Source: Candidatus Peribacteria bacterium RIFCSPHIGHO2_02_FULL_51_15
Lineage (GTDB): Bacteria; Patescibacteriota; Gracilibacteria; Peribacterales; Peribacteraceae
Assembly (NCBI GenBank): GCA_001788965.1
Contig: MFXU01000014.1
Span: 1-42,003, forward strand
Length of the DNA: 42,003 bases
Reading direction: 5' to 3'
The notes under the pieces: generated by a model
Database searches by the model: none
What the model was told of the DNA's origin: nothing
The model's input: only the letters and a program-made list of their open reading frames with translations
In this document: positions 25,608 through 34,668 of the stretch, one piece after another
Layout: each line of letters opens with the position of its first letter
Position numbering within the stretch: position 1 is the first letter of the stretch
Translations under genes and position numbers: made by a program

Positions 25608-27011
25608 ATGACAAAAAAGCCCATTTTTTCCGGCCTCAGCCGTTCGATGTTCGATCAGGCCAATCCTGCGCCGTACGCCAAGAGAGCGAAGCGGGGGGTG
25701 GACGAGGAGGTGGTGAGGCGGATCAGCGCGGACAAAAACGAGCCGGGATGGATGCTTAAGCACCGGCTTGATTCTTTGAAAGCTTATAACGAAAAGCCGC
25801 TGCCGATGTGGGGGCCGGACCTGAGTCGGCTCGATCTCAATAATATTATTTATTATGCGAGAACAGGTGCTGAGGAAACGGATGACTGGCGCGAGGTTCC
25901 TCCTGAAATTCGTCGGGTCTACGATCGTCTGGGAATCCCCGAAGCCGAACGCAGGTTTTTGGCCGGAGTCGGCGCCCAATACGAAAGCGAGGTGATTTAT
26001 CACCGGCTAAAAAAGGAGTGGAAGAAACTCGGCGTTATTTTTTTGGATTTGGATGTCGCACTCAGGCTCCACCCGGATCTGGTCCGGAAGTACTTTATGA
26101 CGTGCGTTCCGGCAACCGATCACAAATTCGCAGCGCTTCACGGTGCGGTCTGGTCCGGCGGGACTTTTTTATATGTGCCGCCAGGCGTGAAAGTCCGTGA
26201 GCCGCTGCAAGCCTATTTTCGTATGAACGCCAAAAACATGGGTCAGTTCGAACACACGCTGATCATCGCCGACGCAGGCTCCGAAGTGAGTTACATCGAG
26301 GGGTGCTCGGCCCCCAAATACGGCAGTCAGGCGCTTCATGCCGGACTTGTGGAAATTTTCGTCAAGCCCGGAGCCAAAGTCCGTTATTCATCGGTCGAAA
26401 ACTGGAGCCGCGACACTTACAATTTAAATACGAAACGGGCGATAGTCGAGCGCGACGGCACGATGGAGTGGATCGGCGGAAATATGGGATCGGGAACCAC
26501 CATGCTTTATCCCTGCAGCATGCTGGTTGGGGAAGGCGCCCGGTGCGATCACATGGCGCTGGCTTTTGCCAATAAAGACCAATGGCAGGACACCGGCACC
26601 AGAGTCATCCATCTGGCGCCGCATACTTCGAGCAAGGTCGTAAGCAAGTCAATAAGCAAAGAAGGCGGCGTCTGCATTTACCGCGGGCTTCTGAAAATCT
26701 CGCCGGAAGCGCATGACAGTACGGCGAGCGTTGAGTGTGATGCGCTGCTCCTCGATGAAAAAAGCCGGACCGATACGGTCCCCGACATTCAGGTGAAAAA
26801 CAATGACGTGACCGTCGCTCATGAAGCCCGGGTCGGGAAGCTCAGCGAGGAGGATCTCTTTTACCTCATGTCCCGCGGCATTTCCGAAGAAGAGGCCAAA
26901 GCCATGATCGTAAACGGGTTCATCGAGCCGATTGTCCGGATGCTGCCCCTGGAATATGCAGTGGAGATGAATCGACTGATTGAGATGGAAATGGAGGGAT
27001 CGGTGGGGTAA
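25608..27011 (+). CDS. sufB: Fe-S cluster assembly scaffold SufB
   Basis: GVGAQYESE, FAALHGAVWSGGTF, GQFEHTLI, YIEGCSAP, HEARVG and LPLEYAVEMNRLI. Confidence 0.97.
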   Translation: MTKKPIFSGLSRSMFDQANPAPYAKRAKRGVDEEVVRRISADKNEPGWMLKHRLDSLKAYNEKPLPMWGPDLSRLDLNNIIYYARTGAEETDDWREVPPEIRRVYDRLGIPEAERRFLAGVGAQYESEVIYHRLKKEWKKLGVIFLDLDVALRLHPDLVRKYFMTCVPATDHKFAALHGAVWSGGTFLYVPPGVKVREPLQAYFRMNAKNMGQFEHTLIIADAGSEVSYIEGCSAPKYGSQALHAGLVEIFVKPGAKVRYSSVENWSRDTYNLNTKRAIVERDGTMEWIGGNMGSGTTMLYPCSMLVGEGARCDHMALAFANKDQWQDTGTRVIHLAPHTSSKVVSKSISKEGGVCIYRGLLKISPEAHDSTASVECDALLLDEKSRTDTVPDIQVKNNDVTVAHEARVGKLSEEDLFYLMSRGISEEEAKAMIVNGFIEPIVRMLPLEYAVEMNRLIEMEMEGSVG

Positions 27012-27017
27012 TCGGTT

Positions 27018-27219
27018 GTAACTGCTCACTGACCATGAGGGGTGCTGCCAATCTGGCCGCCTCACCCCCGGCCCCTCTCCCGCTGTGGCCCTGGAGAGGG
27101 GAGCTCCGCTTCACCTCCGAATGAAGTGTGATACGGATTCCTCTCTCCCCCATCGGGAGAGAGGTGGCGCCGCAGCGCCGGAGTGAGGGCGAATGGCCGC
27201 AAGGTCAGTGAGCAGTTAC
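27018..27219. mobile_element. MITE-like element family B, copy 3
   Basis: Perfect 16-bp TIRs; interior homologous to 14982-15181. Only GGTT is duplicated at the flanks. Confidence 0.9.
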
Positions 27220-27229
27220 GGTTAAGTAT

Positions 27230-27258
27230 GTTGTTAATTGAATAGAATTATGCTATAA
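27230..27258 (+). promoter_or_regulatory. Sigma70-type promoter for the 27289 ORF
   Basis: TTGTTA, 17-nt spacer ending in TGc, then TATAAT (extended -10), about 30 nt before the ATG. Confidence 0.55.
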
Positions 27259-27288
27259 TATATTCGATACAAATACCAATCACTTCCT

Positions 27289-28209
27289 ATGCAACTCGAG
27301 CAATTTAGCCCGCAGGAGGATTCAACCTCTAGGTGGCCAGATCCGGAACAGAAGATGGCGAAGAAGGATCTCGAAGATCTGAGAACAAAAATCGCTGAGC
27401 GTCCGGAGATGTCACTGCCGCAGTTTCTGCGCGGGAGCAAAGATCTCTTTCAGAAACGTCAATACAGTATTTGCAACCGACTCAATACATTGACGAAAAA
27501 GAGAGAAAAGCCCGGATGGACAAAGCGGGAAATCGCAAAATACGAAAATCTTACGAATGTTCTCAGCACCATAGAAGACGATGCCAGGAGAATTGAGAGC
27601 GACAAAGAGGAGAACAAAGAGGATGAGGGAGTGGAGTGGTTCACGGATAGTATGAATCTACTGCGCAAAGCGGAGAGGCTCATTGCCGATCTGGAAAAAG
27701 TGATCCACGCGGAGGAGAAGGACAAGGAAGGAGAAACGTCCTGGGTCACCTTTGAGCAGGAGCAGCGCTCTCTCTGGATGCAGTCGATGTTGACTTATGG
27801 GTTACCGACCGATCTCCTCAAAGACGGAAAGAATCCGGAGATCCAGACGCTCGCCGTGCCGGACAACGTCACCGTCACGACCATCGGAGGCGTGGATTTT
27901 CAGACCGTTGCTACGGAGGAGGAGTATAAGATTAAAGATCCAGTAAAGGATAAAAGGACGGATAGAGACCTGACGGCATTCGGCGAATATGCGCGCAAAA
28001 TCACGCAGTTCCGCAAGCTTATCCATCTCAAAATCCCGGAAGGTCAGACTCCGGTACTGAAGTTCGAGTGGGCGGACGCGTCGGGGCAACAAATGGAATG
28101 CACGGTTACCGGACGGCAGCGGGAGAATAAGAGTTGGATCTTCCAAATGGCTCAAGCCGGAACAGAAGATGGAGGGGGCAGGCGAGGGCGGAGAGGCTGG
28201 TTCCGCTGA
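27289..28209 (+). CDS. Hypothetical protein (charged, helical N-terminal half)
   Basis: 306-aa ORF with its own promoter candidate; no recognisable family motif. Confidence 0.75.
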   Translation: MQLEQFSPQEDSTSRWPDPEQKMAKKDLEDLRTKIAERPEMSLPQFLRGSKDLFQKRQYSICNRLNTLTKKREKPGWTKREIAKYENLTNVLSTIEDDARRIESDKEENKEDEGVEWFTDSMNLLRKAERLIADLEKVIHAEEKDKEGETSWVTFEQEQRSLWMQSMLTYGLPTDLLKDGKNPEIQTLAVPDNVTVTTIGGVDFQTVATEEEYKIKDPVKDKRTDRDLTAFGEYARKITQFRKLIHLKIPEGQTPVLKFEWADASGQQMECTVTGRQRENKSWIFQMAQAGTEDGGGRRGRRGWFR

Positions 28210-28314
28210 TCTTCGGGGAAAATGAAGATCGAAGTCATCATAACGCTTATCGTGCGATTTTTTAATATTCTTCTGAGCTGGTGGAGCTGCACTTTTTCTT
28301 CCATACTTTAAGCG

Positions 28315-29163
28315 ATGAGGAAGACCACAATGAAGATGCGGCAATTTAAAAAATCCTTAGTGCTTATTCCCAAGGGCCAGGTGCGAAAAGAAGTACTGAA
28401 GCTTAGTAAGTGGCAATCGAGAATCGTTCTGGAGCCGGGATCGAAGGCAACCATTTTCGAGCGTGATATTTTCCCGTCGTCGGGGGGAGAGAAACGCGGT
28501 CCATTCGATGTCGATGTGACCATCGGCGAAAGAGCGGAACTCCATTATGTCGTCCTTGTAAATGGCGGGGAGGGGACTTCGAAGATCAGGCGTCGGAGCA
28601 CAGTGGAAGAGGGAGGTGTTATGCACTGGCACATCGTCACTCTCGGCGGGCATGGCGACCGGCATGAGCTCGTTTCGATGCTGGCAGGGAAGAACGCGAC
28701 GAGTTCCATCGATTGGATATTCTTCGTCTGCGGTGATGAGAAGCAGTGCGTCTCGGCATGCATGGTTTTCGCGGCTCCGGGCGGGAGAGGGGAGATCACG
28801 ATGAAAGGAATCGCGCAGGACCATGGATATATTCAATGTGACGGGAGGATCGAGATCTCGGAGCGGGGGAGCGGAGTCGAAACCTTTTTGACCCAAAAGT
28901 TTTTATTGCTCGATCCGACGGCGAAGATAGACGCGGTCCCGGCGCTGAAGATAAAAACCGACAATGTGAAAGCCAGCCACTCGGCGACGGTGTCGCGCGT
29001 GACGCCCGATGATCTTTTTTATATGAAATCGCGCGGGCTGGATGAATCTTCGGCCAGGAAAATGTTCGTCGAAGGATTTTTATCCGATCTCACCGAAAAA
29101 CTCCCGGATGAGCTGATCCGGGTGAAGATATTGGGGGCGATAAGGGAAGCGTACGAGCGATGA
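28315..29163 (+). CDS. sufD: SufD-family Fe-S assembly protein
   Basis: LLLDPTAKIDAVPALKIKTDNVKASHSATV...DLFYMKSRGL...FVEGF. Confidence 0.9.
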   Translation: MRKTTMKMRQFKKSLVLIPKGQVRKEVLKLSKWQSRIVLEPGSKATIFERDIFPSSGGEKRGPFDVDVTIGERAELHYVVLVNGGEGTSKIRRRSTVEEGGVMHWHIVTLGGHGDRHELVSMLAGKNATSSIDWIFFVCGDEKQCVSACMVFAAPGGRGEITMKGIAQDHGYIQCDGRIEISERGSGVETFLTQKFLLLDPTAKIDAVPALKIKTDNVKASHSATVSRVTPDDLFYMKSRGLDESSARKMFVEGFLSDLTEKLPDELIRVKILGAIREAYER

Positions 29164-29180
29164 GCTATGAGCTTAGAGCG

Positions 29181-29372
29181 ATGAGCCAAAAAAATCCCCG
29201 TTTGGCGCGTTCAATCATCGAGCGAATGGATCCGGAGTTGATTGCCGATCAGCAGACACGCAAAGAGCGGGGGTTGCCGATGGAAAAAAATTTGTTAATT
29301 ATTCATCCTTCCGAAGGCACCGAATTCGTTCCATTGGCTCAAAGAAAAACTGAATTAAAAAGCCTTCAATAA
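29181..29372 (+). CDS. Possible small hypothetical protein (63 aa)
   Basis: ORF after sufD beginning at the end of an ATGAGCT-like heptamer tract; no motif. Confidence 0.35.
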   Translation: MSQKNPRLARSIIERMDPELIADQQTRKERGLPMEKNLLIIHPSEGTEFVPLAQRKTELKSLQ

Positions 29373-29513
29373 GTCACTCTCGATTCACCGGGACGCCGCA
29401 TCCCGGCTGCGGGTTTCTATGAGAAACCGCAGGTCCACGTCGAACTCACAGCATTGTGTAACAGACCCCACTTCGCCCCGCTCGGCGTGGCTTCGCGGGG
29501 CAGGGAAAAGATC

Positions 29514-29537
29514 TTCACAGCATCGTGTAACAGAGAA
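29514..29537 (-). other. 16S trailer arm of the pre-rRNA processing stem
   Basis: Perfect 24-bp inverted complement of 31381-31404; a second, degenerate copy lies at 29446-29465. Confidence 0.8.
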
Positions 29538-29704
29538 AAAGGTAAAATTTCTTGCTTGCGGGCTCCGCTGCCTAGGGAATCCAGTACTCAAAAAAGAGAA
29601 CTGAATTCCGAGGGCAGGGAGAGTGTCCCCGCTCAATAATATGGTGCATGATGGCTCCTTTCGGATGACACTTGCCAGAGCATGCGACCAGAGATACTCC
29701 CTGG

Positions 29705-31257
<1,553 letters not shown>

Positions 31258-31380
31258 AGAAAAATTTGCTCCGCAGCGCTAGCGCGTGCGGAGTGGCTAA
31301 ACGGATTTTTTATACAGGGCCGTTTGTCCTGCCCCGCACGCGCTCGCGCGCTGCGGGGTTCAAAAAAAATGAGACCTTAA

Positions 31381-31410
31381 TTCTCTGTTACACGATGCTG
31401 TGAATGAGCA
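31381..31410 (-). promoter_or_regulatory. rRNA leader: boxA-like element and 5' arm of the processing stem
   Basis: Minus strand TGCTCATTCACAGC resembles boxA TGCTCTTTAACA and overlaps the 24-bp arm pairing with 29514-29537. Confidence 0.6.
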
Positions 31411-31486
31411 ACAGTCATTCACCCTGAGTGAGCCCCGAGTAAATCAGTAAATCGAAGGGCGAATCGAAGGGTGAAAGAGCCAAGGG

Positions 31487-31515
31487 ATTGTAGAGATGCG
31501 GTTTTGGGACGTCAA
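31487..31515 (-). promoter_or_regulatory. Sigma70-type rRNA promoter
   Basis: Minus strand TTGACG-17 nt-TACAAT, about 230 nt upstream of the 16S 5' end. Confidence 0.8.
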
Positions 31516-31549
31516 GCGAGTTTCTTTCAATGTGCTAATCTAAAACTCA

Positions 31550-33106
31550 ATGCAGATATCACATCAAGACCGGCGCACACTCCCCTGGCTCGCTATCGTT
31601 TTTTGCGTATTGATTCTGGCTTTGATTTTGGGAGGACTGAGTGAGCCTGTGTCGTTTGACGACAGCCTACGGCATTTCATGATGGGAAAGCTGATGGCGG
31701 CGAGGGGAATCCTCGGCTTACGCGGCTGGAGCGAATGGTTTTTCGCCGGTTATCTTTTCGAACATCCGGTGGATCCGTGGTTCTTGTCCAACGTGCTTTA
31801 TATGCCATTTACCGGTTTCCCGATTGCCCAGGGTTTGCACCTTTATGCCTTGTTTTCCATAACCTTCCTCGCTTTTTGTTTTGTGCTGATACTGAAAAAC
31901 CTGGAGGTCAACCCGGTCATCTCCTCGTTGCTTGTTCTGCTTTTGATATTCGGCCATGAAGGCTTCCTTTTCAGGCTGCTTATCGCCAGGCCTTTTACCG
32001 TCATCACGGCGCTTACCGTACTTTTGATGCTGTTTATAATAAAAAAGAAAAATATCCCGGCGGGGATAACCATGGTTCTTCTGGTCATGCTTTCCCATAT
32101 TTTCGTTTTCCCGCTGGGAGTCGCTTTGATCGGCGTCTTTTTGTCGTATATGAATAAAAACAAACAAAAGAGCCTTTCGCTTTTTGCCGCCGTTTCGGTC
32201 GGCACTTTAGTCGGATTTTTTCTGCATCCGGAGCCGATCGAGTACCTGAAATATATGGGACTGGTTTTCTTCAGGACGCCATTCATGAATTTCCCGGACC
32301 GCGCCACCGAACTAAGCGGGGGACTGGGTGAAGGGGGGATTATTTTCGTAATTACAGCCGTGATAGTTTTGTTGCATTTTTTGATTATCTTTAACCGAAA
32401 AGTAAGACAGAAGGATCTTTTTGTTTTGCTGTTCCTGGACTTTGTCGCGGTTTTTTTCCTGGCCCAGTTTATGCTCTGGGCCAGATCGATGGATTTTCTT
32501 TGGCCGGCGCTGCTGGTTTTGGCCGGTTGGCTGACCACATACTTTGCGGATCCTTTCGGGAAGCTGAGTGAGCTGTTTTCCCAAAAAAGGCACGCTATCG
32601 GAGCTCTGACCGCAGCCTTCACCTTGTTTGTGTGTTTCGTTTCGACGGTTCCGCTGGCGCTCGCCATTAATTTTTCGGACAAGAACCACTCACTGAATTT
32701 TTATAAGCAGGCATTCGCCAATGTGGAACCTAGCGCGCGCATACTTCCGGTTCGATGGGATTGGTTCTCGCCGTCGGTGGCGGTGCGGCCGGATCTCAAA
32801 TACGCCCGAGGAATCGATCCGCTTTTCGATTACGCTTCAAACTCCGGAGCGTACGCCCTGATGGCCGCGGTATTCCCGACGCGTTTTCCGGAAACGCGGC
32901 AATACATCGATGCCGAAGGCTGGCTGGAAGCTTCACTAAAAGTTTATCCGTCGGACTATCTGATGCTTTCGGCCGAGCGCTATGCGCCGATCATCAAATC
33001 GATAAAAAAGCTCGGGTATGAGGATGTGTCACAGAGCGAGAAATGGGCGGTGTTTGACGTTAAAAAAATAAATGGATTGGGCGATAAATCGAAAAAGTCT
33101 GAGTAA
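31550..33106 (+). CDS. Polytopic membrane protein, possible GT-C fold glycosyltransferase
   Basis: Roughly ten or more hydrophobic helices, an acidic DD motif after the first TM (FDDSLRH), an RP motif and a soluble C-terminal domain. Function inferred. Confidence 0.75.
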   Translation: MQISHQDRRTLPWLAIVFCVLILALILGGLSEPVSFDDSLRHFMMGKLMAARGILGLRGWSEWFFAGYLFEHPVDPWFLSNVLYMPFTGFPIAQGLHLYALFSITFLAFCFVLILKNLEVNPVISSLLVLLLIFGHEGFLFRLLIARPFTVITALTVLLMLFIIKKKNIPAGITMVLLVMLSHIFVFPLGVALIGVFLSYMNKNKQKSLSLFAAVSVGTLVGFFLHPEPIEYLKYMGLVFFRTPFMNFPDRATELSGGLGEGGIIFVITAVIVLLHFLIIFNRKVRQKDLFVLLFLDFVAVFFLAQFMLWARSMDFLWPALLVLAGWLTTYFADPFGKLSELFSQKRHAIGALTAAFTLFVCFVSTVPLALAINFSDKNHSLNFYKQAFANVEPSARILPVRWDWFSPSVAVRPDLKYARGIDPLFDYASNSGAYALMAAVFPTRFPETRQYIDAEGWLEASLKVYPSDYLMLSAERYAPIIKSIKKLGYEDVSQSEKWAVFDVKKINGLGDKSKKSE

Positions 33107-33366
33107 TTGTTAAATTGTTAAATTGCTATATTGCTATATTGTTTGCATGCATCGAATTTAGTTTGTGCCTGCTGATACCACTTCGCGTTTAAAACGTTCT
33201 TAATCAGACGCGCTGGCGGTATGGAGTTCTTGGCTTGAGTAAACGCTACGCGGTACGAGATGATGCCGTTACGAATGACCGATTAGTTATGTTTTAAATG
33301 CAAAATGGTATGACAATATGGCAATATGGCAATATGACAATATGACAATATGACAATATAACAATT
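33105..33366. repeat. Octamer-armed inverted element, copy D, hosting MITE A
   Basis: AATTGTTA x2 then ATTGCTAT units on the left; ATG(A/G)CAAT x6 on the right. Confidence 0.8.
33175..33311. mobile_element. MITE-like element family A, copy 2
   Basis: 137 bp identical to 5344-5480, same orientation. Confidence 0.88.
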
Positions 33367-33547
33367 TGTTACGGCTTGACTGAATTCAGACGTAAATCCG
33401 AATTTGTTGAACCATTAATTCCAATTTTCAATTGTCAATTGTCAATTCTGTCGTTATAGTCTCCCAGCAATTCCTCCCCCCGGCTTGGCCGGGGCGAGTT
33501 CTACCCACCCATTCGACAAGCTCAGGGTGGATTCCATCCAAGAATCT

Positions 33548-34102
33548 ATGCCGACACTGACACCATCCAGCGAAGACGTGCGCGTGTATGAAGTGGCGAT
33601 AATGTATCAGAGCGACTTGGACCAGAAGGCCGAGTCGGATCTGCTCAAGGAAACAGCCGCTCTTTTCGATGAAGCCAAAGGGCGGATTTTGTTTCAGGAT
33701 CCCTGGAGCAAGCGCGGACTGGCTTACAAGATACGGGGATTCACCGAGGCGAAATTCGTGATCAGCTATCTGGAGGTGCCGCCCGAAAACATACGCGAAC
33801 TCGACCGCCTGCTCCGCCTGCAAAAAGGCATCTTGCGGCACTTGATCGTGATACCGCCCGCCGGGTATGAAGCGGTGAGCTTCGAGGACCGCTACCAGAC
33901 GTGGCTCAAGACGCGGGAGACGGCAGCCGAAACCCAGATGCACAAGAAAGAAGAAAGACTCAGACAAACTGTGGCCGAGCATGCCAAGCGGACAACGAAG
34001 CGGATGGAATCGAAGAAACAGGCGCCGGTAGAGCCGCTCAAAGCGAAAGAACTGGATGAGCAGATCGAAAAACTCATTTCCGACGCCGATCTAAAGCTCT
34101 AG
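33548..34102 (+). CDS. rpsF: 30S ribosomal protein S6 with long C-terminal extension
   Basis: YEVAIMY...WSKRGLAYKI...ELDRLLRLQKGILRHLIV; adjacent to rpsR; ATG 33548. Confidence 0.93.
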   Translation: MPTLTPSSEDVRVYEVAIMYQSDLDQKAESDLLKETAALFDEAKGRILFQDPWSKRGLAYKIRGFTEAKFVISYLEVPPENIRELDRLLRLQKGILRHLIVIPPAGYEAVSFEDRYQTWLKTRETAAETQMHKKEERLRQTVAEHAKRTTKRMESKKQAPVEPLKAKELDEQIEKLISDADLKL

Positions 34103-34144
34103 TGCTTTCTCTGTTTTAAAAATTTAGCAATTTAACAATTTTTT

Positions 34145-34375
34145 ATGGCCGCCACTCAGCAAAAGTCCAAGCCTACAAAAAAATCCTGTCCTTTTGACCG
34201 GACCGGAGTCAGGTATCTGGACTACAAGGACTTTCCGACGCTCAAGCCTTACATCGATTACTTCGGCAATATCCGGAAACGTTATTATTCCGGGCTTTGC
34301 CTGAAGCATCAGAAGCTACTGAAGAACGCAGTCGAGCGGGCGAGATTTATGGGGGTTTTGGCTTATAGGAAGTAG
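34145..34375 (+). CDS. rpsR: 30S ribosomal protein S18
   Basis: CPF...LDYKD...LKPYI...GNIRKRYYSGLCLKHQKLLKNAVERARFMGVLAY. Confidence 0.96.
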   Translation: MAATQQKSKPTKKSCPFDRTGVRYLDYKDFPTLKPYIDYFGNIRKRYYSGLCLKHQKLLKNAVERARFMGVLAYRK

Positions 34376-34391
34376 ATACAACTTTATCACA

Positions 34392-34557
34392 ACCTCATCC
34401 CCAGCCCTTCTCCTTTGCGAAGGAGAAGGGAGTTGTTTTGTTTTTGTTTTGTTTAAAAAAAGTTGTAAACAAAACAATAAAAAACAAACAGTTCCCCTCT
34501 CCTGCGCTTCACGTTCGATAAATATATGGTGCGCAGGAGAGGGGTTAGGGGTGAGGT
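34392..34557. repeat. REP-like doublet (CCTCANCCC...CCCYTCTCC family) flanking an AT-rich palindrome
   Basis: ACCTCATCCCCAGCCCTTCTCC...GGAGAAGGG and CCCCTCTCC...GGAGAGGGGTTAGGGGTGAGGT with TGTTTT/AAAACA arms between them. Confidence 0.75.
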
Positions 34558-34580
34558 CGGATAGGAAGAAAGGCATAAGA

Positions 34581-34614
34581 AAATGCCCAGGTCCCCTCGC
34601 GGGGTCTTGGGCAT
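34581..34614 (-). terminator. Probable intrinsic terminator of the 34669-37212 gene
   Basis: AATGCCCAGGTCCCC-tcgc-GGGGTCTTGGGCATT hairpin followed on the minus strand by TTCTT. Confidence 0.5.
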
Positions 34615-34668
34615 TAGTGCTCATCTTAACAATCGGTTCCCTTGTAAAAAAAGAACCTCACCGACGAC

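Noticed and set aside
33485..33547. TTG-start N-terminal extension of S6
   Set aside because: Encoded by a REP-like fragment (CCCATTCGACAAGCTCAGGG); ATG 33548 fits S6 better.
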